A stretch of 61,516 nucleotides of DNA, filler included, from Choristocarpus tenellus KU-1152 (GCA_964200185.2; 9 parts of 9 records of this genome joined end to end with filler, not necessarily neighbours in it), one strand, 5' to 3'. Counted from the whole stretch's first letter, positions 12,546 through 24,129 are shown. Made by a program: numbers and translations. The notes: a model not told the origin generated them from the letters alone.

Positions 12546-14780
12546 AGCGTATTCACCAAGATCATGGCTGTAGACCAGTTCCAGAAACAGTATGCCTATG
12601 GCATAAGACACATGTACGGTAAAGAAGGGAAGAGAACCAACTACACACCTTTCAGGTACAGTGCTGCAACTTTTAAGACTACCGCTGTATATACCATTTG
12701 CAGCTATGCATTACAAACCCACTGGATAGAGACAACTGAACACACCTTTGGCGGGCTGCAGACTAGTCCTGGAAGCCCTGTGTTATGTGTTCGTTGGGTA
12801 CTTTTTCAGATGGGGGCCGGGGGGGGGGGGGATGATGTGTGGTGACACGAAGATAGTATCTGGTGACACGAAGATAGTATCTGGTGACACGAAGATAGTA
12901 TCTGGTAGGGGGCCGGCCACCGCCGTTGTCGCTCTTGGTGGAAGCAGTAGCCAATCACGAAGTCGAGGCAAAAGGGAAAAGCAATCGATAATCCTGGTGG
13001 CAATTCCAGCACATCATGCACATCACAACCAAGCCAAACGCCATGCATGCAGTACTCACTGGATGCAAAACACATTTTCGGCATTCCATTGAAACGCAGG
13101 GGGAGGGGCCCGCGGTGGGGTAATCCCTTCTGGAGCTGGGTTCAATCTCCATCGTACGGCAATGCTCCGAACGAACCTAACGATCAGTTGCTAACAATAG
13201 ATTGTGACAGGAAAACCCACAGCCTCGCTTTCCGTATCACATTCTTCTTCTCAGGGATGTGGGAGCGGAAGCATCTCCTCTTCTGGTCTTTTTTTCTTCT
13301 GAGACAGTCCACTCCCCCACTTTCCTGTTCACCATTTAACCCTCACTTACTTACCCCTCGCCCCCCCGCCCCCCAGTGTATGTCAGTGAACCTCACCCCA
13401 CTTCTGCCCCTCCCTGTGTTGTAAATAGAAGGATATAGCCCAGCAAGCCACCAACGAATTTGCAAACTTCCTGTTTACTGCCAACTTGGAAATTTGCATT
13501 TGGTGGAACGGTATGACTCTATGACATTTACCCCCTGAACAATATATATATATATATATGTAATTCCACATACACCGTCGACACTTTTTTTCTTAATCAT
13601 ACTCCACTGCCAACTATACTGAAACCTCGTTCTGAACCCTGTTCTGAATAGTATTTATGTACTTGAGAATGTATCCAAGCATAATATAGACTGTCTGTGT
13701 ACAAAGGGAATCTTACGTAAAATCGTACTGAGTATATGAAAGTACAGATAGATTATGCCTTCAGTCTCACTTGAAATGACCCAACATGCAATACATAAAA
13801 AACAAACAAGCACTTCTCTCTCTCTCTCTCTCTCATACACACACACCCCTCCCCCGCCTCCCAATGTATCTACAAACCCATACTTCTCGAACAGCTGCCT
13901 AAAGGTGATCATGGGAAGTCCTCCAGGTGCTGGGGAACACCACGGTTGCCCTTACCGCCACTACGACGAGCACCACCTTTCTAATTTGCTCTCACAGGTG
14001 AGCAGACAGATGCCCACATATCATAGCCCACCCTCTAACACCCCCTCCCCACCACGTCATTGCCCTCGACCCCACTGCCTCAACACCATGGAAGGCAAAA
14101 GAACTTGTTGTGCAACATGATGTCACTAGTCTCTATTCTTCCTGCGGTAAGTTTGTCAAGGAATGAGGAGATCATTCCTTTTTGAGTGTAGTTGTTTGTT
14201 CTGGAATGATGTGGGACTACTATCTAACCAATCCAGGCAAGAGTAAGCAGATGGCATCATTGCACGTCGCCTCCTGAGCTTGAGGCACCTCAGCCAGGTT
14301 ATCCTCAGTGTGAATTGGTCTACCTGGGCTTCCACCCCCCCCCCCCCCCCCCCCCCCCCCACAAATACAAAACCACAAGCAATAATAATTTGGGTGTTTT
14401 TTTTNNNNNNNNNNCCCCCCCCACCACCACCACCACTATGACAACCACCGTGTCAATGTATCTTGTGGTCTCTCTTTATTTTATTATTATTGTGTTATTT
14501 TAATATCACTGCTGCAGCGTCCTCAAGAAAAAAAAATACGCTACAGAATACTTTGAAGTATTGGATTTTCTAAAATATAAAATTACAACAGGTTCGTATT
14601 GGGGCACCAGATAAGGATGCAATAATTAAGCAAGTCAAGGGTAGGAACTACCAGCTGGCCTGCCAGCGGCACTTTGAGGCCATGCACAAAGGGGTGGAGG
14701 CTGTCGCAGCTGGTATGGATGGGGTGGGCAACCACCCCAATGCCTGGATGCACGCTTCCATGGAGTTCCACAAGGCCAAG
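12546..14780 (+). CDS. PRIM2: DNA primase large subunit, C-terminal 4Fe-4S domain exons (partial gene)
   Basis: Exons 12546-12655, 13895-13997 and 14592-14780 splice in phase to [61 protein letters not shown]...[14 protein letters not shown]...NHPNAW. These are the canonical PRIM2 motifs, including three of the Fe-S cysteines. Confidence 0.95.
12840..12906. repeat. perfect 21-bp tandem repeat x3 (TGGTGACACGAAGATAGTATC) in a PRIM2 intron
   Basis: Three exact copies plus 4 nt. Confidence 0.95.
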
Positions 14781-15596
14781 GTGCTTGTTTTGTTGTTCAC
14801 TTTCATAACAATGAAGATCTTTGTTGGCATTTTTTTTGTGGGTTGCCTCCGGATCTAGATAGGAGAATTGTCTTCTTTGTTTTGCAGTTTGTCTTACGAT
14901 CTGCTTCGTCATCAAAATTTTAAATGGATCGGGTTTAGGGTTAGGGTTAGGATTAGGTATTAACAACAGTAGTACTACACCGGACAAAGGAATAAGCGAT
15001 TGAAATAGGGGGCTGGGGGGTAAACGGTTTGTTGTTGAGCAATCAGTGGGGAGAGGAGTTTGTAGTGCACACCATTTGTGATTCGTAACAATGCTTAGCC
15101 AATCAGTGTGTTCAATGTTTACGCACACCCTAACCCTAACCAAGTCATTGCGTCTTTTCACACACAAACCTCCCGCTCTTGGTACACACCAGTTTTTGTT
15201 ACCAGCCTGTTTATCGGTTAGTGAGTGTTATACACACATGCCATACTGCTCGCAATAGGGAAAGTGCAATACGTGAGATTTGCTCATAAATAGATCCAGC
15301 TTGTGCTTTTTCTTTAAAAGTTGCCCCTCCTTTTTTTTCTTTTTTTTGATTATTGTGTTTATTCCTGTACGTATTTGGGATGTGATTTCAGACAAAGTTT
15401 GACCAGTCCGGTCCGGTTGAAATAACTTTAATAACTTTTGTTCATGGCCGACCACAGGTCAGCCTGAGGCCATGATTTGAACCCCAGCCATGCTTAACTC
15501 TTTGGATTGATGAAAGGCTCTGTGATTAATATTCCAGAGGTAGTTGCCATCACATTCTGTACTCTTTTTTTTGTGTATGTGTGTGTGTGTGTGTTT

Positions 15597-15864
15597 TGTG
15601 CAATATAGGCTGATAGTCTATATGGTTTATACGTGTGTAGTCAACAATACTAGACAACAGGAATGTTGACTAAGTGGAACAAGTGTCATTGACTTGTGTT
15701 CGTGTGCGTAAAGTAATGAGTTTGAATCTCAGATGTTCGGTTTCTTATTACCCAATATAAATGGACTGTTGGAGGAGTTCTGTCTTAGTACTAGCTACAC
15801 AAGATGAGTGACATAGTACGATGTAACGGTAGGACATGTTTTGATGTGTCAGCTGATGAGTCAG
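15597..15864 (+). repeat. ~300-bp dispersed repeat, copy 2, possible solo LTR; runs into a 10-N gap
   Basis: Aligns by eye with 4480-4773. Confidence 0.7.
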
Positions 15865-16399
15865 NNNNNNNNNNAGATAATAAGGGAGAGGCCCCCCCCA
15901 CCACCGAGAGCTGTGCTCACTCCGCTAATAAACATATCCATACCACACAAAGCAAAATACTCTACTTGAGTGGTTCTCTTTTGCATATGTTTGAATGTCA
16001 TTTTTTGGTTTCGGGTTTGTGTTGCTATGTTTACAGCTGTTATCAGATGTTCAGCAAGTGTTCTTGTTCAAAGTTTTTGCTTCTACCTTCTTCTGAGCTT
16101 TCCTCTTGTGATCAACTAGTATGGCATGCATTGTACTGGACCGGAGTACTATCCTCTTTTTTTTTTATTGCTGCCCTTCTTACGACTCATTCGAGGTTTT
16201 TCTTGTTCCTCTCACCTCTTAACGTTTTTTTTTTGCATAGTAATGTATTTTCAAGGGTTGTGTTACTGTTCCTTCTGTTTGCAAACTTTTTTTGAACATA
16301 GGCTGGGGATCCCTCTGACTACTGTGATAAAAAAAATAGGAAATAGCGATGTACTGAAGTACTGCTATTCTGCTTGGACTGACCCCTTTCCACAGCTTG

Positions 16400-18300
16400 C
16401 TTGCGCCTTCTGCACATGAATTCAATTGTGGACACCATACAACAGTATGCATCTTAGTCCTCACATGGCCCTCCTGTGGGAAATTTTGCGCTCAGGCTGT
16501 ACAGTCACGAACATCTCCATATTTTTAAGTGTATACACCGGCTCTTCAAATTTGTTCTGTGTTGAGAGAGTTTCCTCGAGCGTGCTGGCTCTAGCATCCC
16601 ACCTCTGTCCTTCTGTTTCCGATGTTACGTAGCTTGCACAATTGCTTCCTCTCTCCCTATTGATCCCGTACTTAAAGCATCCACACCACCGTCCCCTTGG
16701 CCCTTCCCGCTGTCATTCTGTAGATCTCATGGAAGGCCGGAGGTGTAGTGGGAACTCAGCAACAAGATAATGGCAACACGCCTAGAAAGGGTGAGCCATC
16801 ATCCCAGGGGACATCACAGTCGCCGTATACACGGAACGTGCCGTCCAATGCCCCTTCAACATCGGCAGTGGGAATGCAGTCCCCGTCATGAAAGTGTAGC
16901 AGGGTAGAGTTAGTAGCTTTGTGTCATCTATTTTGGGTGCTACTGGGTGCAGTGCACGTCAGTATAAATACAACTTCTTGTCATGCTTGTAGGGATGGGG
17001 ATGCTGCCTATCATATGCAACATTGTGGTGTTGGGGGGGTGTCAAACCCATTGTTTCTGTGTTGCATGGGTGTATGTATAGTACCTTCTAGAATAGCTTC
17101 TTTCTTTCCCATTGTTTTTCGAATTATGTTGCTGTTCATGAGACTTCGTGGGTGTGGGTGTGGCTGTTGTTCTGGAAAGCAAGCGATTATGACATTTGCT
17201 TACCATGATCTTTGGCAGGATCTTACAAAGAGCAATTGGAAATTTGTGTGTGTTGATAACTTGAATAATGTATTGTAACAGTGCTAGGACACATGCCCCC
17301 TTTTGCTGAATCGCCCAACATGCTCAGTGTAGGAGTAAACCTTGCTGATCCTTACCAAGTGTGTAAGGGTGCCATGTGGCAACCTACCTCGGGGTACTTT
17401 TCAGACACTACCATGAAATAGTGGTCTCCTGAGTGAACTACGCACATATTTATATCACCTACAATTCTGTTGGTTTTATCGCTGGGTACTCCTATCATGA
17501 CATAAGACACCCTATTAAGGGCCCTCTTTCTTTCCAGCGATACTGCTCACCTTCTTCATCTCAACAAATCCACAGCATGGACTCCATATGTCTTGTGTGC
17601 CCCTCTTTTTGCACTTGGCTCGTTATGTCCAAATAGAAGAGACTTGTGGATGATTCCCCTTCCTCTCTTCATACCGGTGGGGAGGATGTCACAGACATCT
17701 GGTCAGCACATACATACTTCTGTATTGTAATTAATGTCATTGAAGAATCCCTTCCCCACGAAAAATCTCTTGTGAATCGAACATCTCTTAATACTGCTGG
17801 AAAACGTTTTTGTCCCAAACCTAATAATAAGGTGGCTGTCCTGAACACCAAGTAGCTTTGACAGCTTCCCTCTGCCATAGAATATGTCACTCCATATCCT
17901 GCATACTATTTTGTTTTACTCCTGGAACTTGCTCCCTTCTTTACTCACGACAAAAACGTCAGTGGTACTCTTTCAATCACAGATACTTTCTAAAATTCTC
18001 ACCATTCAAGTCTACTTCAATTATTGCTCAAGTTTCAAACCTCAACGACATTCCCCTGAGCCATGTATTTTTGCAGGTTAATTTAATGGGGTGCTCCGAA
18101 TTTGCGGTGAGCAAATAAAATCTTCACAGGAGGTGACCGCAACTTGTTCACATACCTCCGAAAGATCCAGTTCACCTCATAGCTCATGATAATATCATAT
18201 GTCACAAGAGCAATACCCTACCTATGATATTGCCCACCTGCAACATTCTGAAATCACAGTGACCACATGCGGGTCAAAGTGTAATGAAGCTAGATTGATC
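16400..18300 (-). mobile_element. decayed Ty3/gypsy pol remnant (RT, RNase H, integrase)
   Basis: Fragments TDVFVVSK (eroded YxDD region), RDFSWGRDSSMTLITIQKYVC (RT-RNase H connection) and LSAKFPTGGP (GPY/F-like) occur in gypsy order, with many stops. Confidence 0.45.
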
Positions 18301-18472
18301 TAGGGGGTGGGGGATGGAGATTATATTTCGTGTTCCCGAACCACACATATATATATATATATATGTAGTCTTGATTGCAGCTATTATTGTAGGGTTGGAC
18401 CCTATTGTTCAAATGGCCCCATCTACTGTGTGCCATCCAGAGATTTACGAGTACCACTTTACATCTTTCTTC

Positions 18473-18648
18473 GACTCATAGTATCTGGAGGAAGGTGACA
18501 GCTGTTCATTCAGGTCCCATTTTTCCATGTCACGATTTTGGTTGATTTGGTGGCATGCGTCAGATGGATAATGTAAGAGCACTTTTCCTGGTCAGGGCCT
18601 GAATGAACACCCTGGTGTAAACACACCCCTCCCCAGATACTTTGAGCC
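18473..18648. mobile_element. MITE family A copy
   Basis: gactcatagtatctggagg ... ccccagatactttgagcc with the shared internal sequence. Confidence 0.8.
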
Positions 18649-19033
18649 TTTCGTACAGATAGATATATTTTTCCTTGTCCCAACGTAAGTAAAAAGGAAT
18701 ACTTAGCGTTTCTTGAAAAGGGTAATATTATGATCACTATACACAACATGTACGTGGAAAATGATAATGTGTTTGCTACACTCATGTCAGTAATAATGCA
18801 GTGCGGGCCTACCGCAGAGAAAAAAGGCATGCGCCTAGCTATTCAGGTAGGGGAGCGGCGTGATAGGCTGATCGCTGATGATCAAGGATGGTTGTTTATG
18901 TCTTGTTCAGGTCTAAGGTCTCTAGAGAAATTGAATTTGATTGTTGTATAGAGTCAAAGTAAACAAGGTGTACCCAGTTGCATTTTAAGGATGGTGGCAA
19001 ATATGTCCAAAATTCGACGTTATTTACAAATAA

Positions 19034-19100
19034 CAGGGGAATCTCAAAATTGAGGAAGGCGCGGGACTATGAGGATGTTTTTTTTGCGAAAACGGTCTTA
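19034..19100 (+). mobile_element. terminus of a DNA transposon, possibly hAT-like, at contig end
   Basis: Near-identical to 4778-4839. Confidence 0.5.
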
Positions 19101-19200
19101 NNNNNNNNNNNNNNNNNNNNNNNNNNNNNNNNNNNNNNNNNNNNTTAATTAATTAANNNNNNNNNNNNNNNNNNNNNNNNNNNNNNNNNNNNNNNNNNNN
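19101..19200. other. artificial contig linker
   Basis: N44-TTAATTAATTAA-N44. Confidence 0.98.
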
Positions 19201-22200
19201 CCCTCCCCTCGTCACCCTCACCGCTCCTGCTGCCGCAGTCGCCCCAAACTTTCCACCCCCCCGCCCCACCCGTGCCGAACCCACCTCCACCGATGCCACC
19301 TCCTCGCCTGACCTTTTTGTAAGCCAGAACAGCAGAGGCAGCGACAAAAATCACGATGATCCATCCCACAGCCACGCTCGAAGGACTATCTGGAGCACGA
19401 GGTGGCTGTGCAGGCCGTGGAGGCATCTCACCGAAGTATCGAACTAACCCTGCCCGATTGTTCCCGCCAATAATCGAGGCCAAGGGACTGCCTACAATAG
19501 CCCCAACGTTCCAACTCCCTCCGTTGATCCCAAACTCACCATGCTGCAATAATCTGCTGGCGTCGCTCTCCCCAGAGTGCTGCAGACTCAAACCCGAGAG
19601 AGTGTCTCTCCTTGCTGCAGTGGAGCCATTCGTAAGGGGCATCCGAAGGTAGGATGAGCTATTGTGATACAACAGGGCGTGCTCTTCGCCTTCCAGGCAG
19701 CTTCCAAGGCCATTCAGAACGAACAGTGCCACCTCTCCACCCTCAGAGCAACTCCCTAGGGTGCTGCTTTGGTAGGACAGCGGAACGAACTGTTTCAAAG
19801 TATTGCTGGGGAGAACGAGGTCGGAAATGCACTGGGAGGTCCTTGTGAAGTAACCCTCCACCTTTCGTTCAAGGGAGAGGCAGAAGATAGAAGATAAGGC
19901 ACAAAAAACATCAGAGGCTTGAAAAAATGGACAAGGAGTGAGGAAGAGGAAGGGGAGGGGAGGGAAAATAAATAAATATATATATATAAGAGAGGATTTG
20001 TACACCACGACCCGAGCGGCGATGTTGGAACACGTGCACAATCAAAAGTACAGTGAATCCAACGAATACCTCAACTGCTTCAGCAGTCAGGCATTGAAAG
20101 GAAGGCCCTTCTCCAAGGTTTCTTCGACACCACAGATATTCTCATATCCAGCACAAACGATGTTGGCACAAGAGAATGGGAGCAGAGAGTCTTCGCCTCT
20201 GCCTGCTTCAGGCGATGCTTCAGCATTCTCGCAACATTCGAATCATGCCATCACATGCAGCACGTGGCATCTAGCAGAACCGATGTCATCACATTTAATT
20301 TTCTTGCTCCCGTTTCCCCTACATCAGGCAGACTCTTAACCTCCCAAATCTGTATCTTCCCCAATTGTAACACGCGCGCTAATCCTGATAGTAATCCCCC
20401 CTGCCCTCCCCTCACTCCCACACCCTCTTTTAAGTCCTCCGTAAATCCATCTAGAATCTACCCCCACCTCTTTCTCATTCCCCTCGACGTTCACCAACTC
20501 CAATGCACCTGCCCCTTCCGCTGAGAAGATGCACAGGCTGGTCCTCCGTGGGGGGAATACAACCTGGTCAGCGAAGTTGAGACCGTACCTGGCTAACTGG
20601 TCAAAGGCGCTCCAAACAAAATCATACGAGTCAGAAGAGTTCCTAGCTGTGAAGAAGTTGCCTCCCGACCCACCATTAGTCTCACTCTTCTCACAAGCAG
20701 AGAGTGGCTGGTACACTGGGTGATCATCTACGTAGGTCATGGCCCAATCTTGAGGCGTGCTCAGCATGATGCACATGAGGACAGGGGTAGCGAGGTACTG
20801 TGGTCACAACGAGCAACAGAGGTGATTCGGTATACCTGGACTGATGAACCGCCAAGGGAGAACAAGCATATCTGTTGATACACGATGTTGTACTGGGTCA
20901 ACCAAAAAACATGGTGTACAATTCACATCCTCAACTCGTATCACCTTAATATTTCTCGGATTTAGCTACCTATCTATGGCCTGTCCCTCCCAAGCAATAT
21001 TTCCCCGCATGCAAGTAGAGTGGAGCAAGAGCAGAGGCATATCTTTCTCATCACACCATAAAACAAAATCTCAAAAGCAAAAGATTCCTTGTGCGGCCAA
21101 AGTAAATGTAAGATCAAATATCAGGGGCGGTGAGTACGTGACCCCAACATACAATGGGAATTCCTCTGTCACTTCCAGCATACCTTCAAGATGGTTGTCC
21201 AGAAAGGTCATTTTTTTTTCCTTCTGTGTGATACATGTTTCCTTCAAAGTTTGAAAATCTGTCCACACTTTGAATTTTGCATAGCTTAAACCAAAACAGA
21301 GTGTGGACGAGTCCAGCTATAGCATATGCATGACCAATTAAAGACATAAATGGACCATAACTCTCTATCATTCTAGTATTAGGGTTAATATGATACAATC
21401 TTGGACACATTCCGCCATCCCAAACTAATATCAAAGATTCTTCGAAGTTTTGGGCAAATGGACTAGAACAGTAGCCACTAAGTAAATGACCAAATGCATG
21501 CAAATAACTATGATACTCAAATTCATGTTTGCCTATTTTAAGAGTGTGGACGAGTAATTCTGTTGGTCCCTGGGATTCTTATACACACAGAGAGACAAAC
21601 AGATCACACCCCTACTACTTTCAGATTAGAGTGTTCGTCAACCGGACAGATGTTGAAAAAAGAAAATTTCACTTTTGTATGGTTGTAGAACCATGGCAAT
21701 CGGAAGAGATCAAAGATAATCAATCAACACCAAAACATTGAGGAGTTGGGTTTGATTTATCCTCCTCTCGTACATAAATGCCCTGCACAGTCTGCGGTGC
21801 TCAGCACTTGACGACCTTCACTTCGTGCGCTGCACGCTCATTTCGATTCTAATCAAGCTCTTTTTAAGTTTTTGAGACAAGACTCACCTGTCCTTTCTAT
21901 TTACGACACATATTATTTTATCATCTTGTTGTACTATAATAACCAGTTTTCATGTAAGTGGAGGCAATGATTAACTACACTCTAGAGGAGGCGAAGAGCA
22001 AAGTCATCTTCAAGCTCTGCTTTTGCATTTCGTACATCTAGCGACAAGCCTATTCAGTTTCTGGTTCAGGACTGCTCGATTATAATTTCTACTATCATTT
22101 TTGCACTCCATCTATAGAAACTTCTTCACTTCTCTTCGCTACAACTATCGACTATAGATATCAGAGAAAATATACTTGATGGTGTCGTTATGTCTCTCAC

Positions 22201-22961
22201 CTGCAACTTTGTTATACATTAGGCCTGTAATCTTCGCAATGCAGCTGGCGCTTGACCAAAGAGCTTCATCGAAACTATTGGAGATGCGCAAGTTGGCTTT
22301 GTTGTACCATACAACATCCAAAGCATCCCTGTTGTCCCTTGCGGTACCATTAACATCGCCACTGCTATTATGCGGCACTAGGATAGGTAACAATGCTCCA
22401 ATGTAGTCTGCGGCATAATACTCCATCACACGCCTTTGATTGCTTTCCTCAATAAGGAAGCCCACACCAGCATGTGCCAGAGCTTCACCACAAGGGGGAG
22501 GAGCATATACCAAAGTGTGAAAGAATGGTTGAACCCTAGTGTTAACAACACGATGTTTCCAGAATGCAATATATAGGATAATAAGTGTCGGCTTCTCAAT
22601 CAACAAAAAATTATATATCCAAGGCCCTGCTCTCCACAAGCAATCCTACATAGCGTGTCACGATGGTGTTGGGAAGTCGACTTCAAGCCTTAAAAACGTT
22701 GCCTCCACCTAGTTTATTGAAAAACATACAAAAACAAGGTCTGCACAGATCGATCACACGACAAGACATTGTTGAAATATCCACTCGATGGCTCACTTTC
22801 TTCAAACCTAGTAATACACGCACCGTATGAGTTCCACAGGGGTCCTGCCAAACTAACAACATCTCCAGGGGTGTTGAATGGGAAAGCGCTCTCTAGAAGA
22901 AACACCTTTACCACTGCTTCCGCACCAATCACATCACTTTCCTTCGTTTTCATCCCAGTTG
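19201..22961 (-). CDS. CLN5: CLN5-family protein (permuted papain-like NlpC/P60 fold; BMP synthase homologue) with a C-terminal transmembrane helix; partial at both ends
   Basis: Exons 22961-22824, 22482-22201, 20748-20468 and 19861-19201 splice in phase. The blocks VKVFLLESA, AHAGVGF...VMEYY, VWYNKA...FDEALW...IAKITGLMYNKVADW and DSYDFVWSAFDQLARYG are colinear with human CLN5 IEVFRLQAP, MHDAIGF...TMEWY, FWCNQG...IDDVHW...VATISGNMFNQMAKW and DCSKFVLRTFNKLAEFG (human sequence recalled from memory). Confidence 0.75.
21298..21312 (+). repeat. 15-bp direct repeat AGAGTGTGGACGAGT, left copy
   Basis: Exact match to 21541-21555. Confidence 0.95.
21313..21540 (-). pseudogene. internal fragment of a NodU/CmcH-family carbamoyltransferase gene (N-terminal Kae1-like domain), apparently foreign DNA in a CLN5 intron
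   Basis: Stop-free frame KIGKHEFEYHSYLHAFGHLLSGYCSSPFAQNFEESLILVWDGGMCPRLYHINPNTRMIESYGPFMSLIGHAYAIAG with HxxxH, YCxSPF and LVWDG motifs. About 35% GC (79/228, hand count). Confidence 0.8.
21541..21555 (+). repeat. 15-bp direct repeat AGAGTGTGGACGAGT, right copy
   Basis: Exact match to 21298-21312. Confidence 0.95.
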
Positions 22962-23276
22962 CTACAGAGTGATGCAGACTACACAGATGTGAAGTGATCA
23001 AGTGTGGAAACTGTAACAAAGTCAAGTGTGTGAAGGTTGTCTGATGTGTGTATATAATGTCCTTTTGTCTTTCAATGTGAACGTGCATCTCCGGGGGAAC
23101 GGAAGACAAGGAAGAGCTACATCCTATCAATAATACCTAATAAAATTCATAGTAAATTAGTACGTTGAATTTGAAAAATACAAAAAATACTATAACTTGT
23201 GAATGTTGTTCCCCTCCCCCCACCAAGTACCGTGTGAAATGTCAGAAGGCATCGTAATGTTTGTATTGGGCAGTTG

Positions 23277-24129
23277 TATCGTTAGTTTCAGATAGAGCTT
23301 TCTGCACAGACTGGCACCCCTATCTAGAGTAATTTTTCGGGGGAGTAGTAGGACAATTTGGCGTTGGGGTCCCAAATGGCATAGAACGTGCACTCCTGGA
23401 TATCCTCCTAAGGAATGAGTGCGGAGAATGGGTCATCGGTTTAGACGGAAGGAATGCTTTCAACAGCTTACGTTGCTCAGCTTTCATCCGAGCCCTCCCA
23501 GAGGCCATACCAGGAATCCTACCTTATGTTTCTAAGGTATATGGGAACACCAGGAGTTTTCTTTTCCCCCTAGATGAGGGAGGGACGAAGATTCTACCAT
23601 TGAGATCTGGGGCCCAACAGGGAGACCCACTGGGCCCCCTCTTATATTGCATGGCAACACACAAGGCCTTGCAACAGGTCCAATCAGTCTTTGGACCCCA
23701 AGGGATTTCCTCCTGGAGCTATTTGGATGACACGTTCATATCTTCTAGGGGGATCAACTCTATCACTATAGCTGCTTTCCAGCAGTTAAAAACTAATCTC
23801 CATGAGGTAGGCATTGACCTAAACATGGAGAAGACCTTTCCCGCACCTCCCCAGGGCCATCAACCCATGCCCTCGGGACTGGAGCTTCTCTCTACAGCAG
23901 GAATCAACCTAGCCCCGAACCCCAGTGCTTTTGTCACTCTAGGGGCTCCGGTGAGAACAGATGATTTTAATTGAGCTAACATGGCAGAGGTGATCTAGAG
24001 CTCTGGGACACGAGCCTTGGGCACACACCTCGGCGAGATGGAGGACAAGCGGGTGGCTTGGCTCCTCAACTCCTGGTTCCTCTCCTCCCGGCTAGGCTAT
24101 CTATAGTGAGGGTCACTCCCCCCCTCTTG
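23277..24129 (+). mobile_element. non-LTR retrotransposon reverse transcriptase, CRE/SLACS-like, inactivated
   Basis: The frame from 23351 reads QFGVGVPNGIE...LDGRNAFNSLR...SGAQQGDPLGPLLY...SYLDD. In-frame stops occur at 23345-23350 and 23972-23974. Confidence 0.88.
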
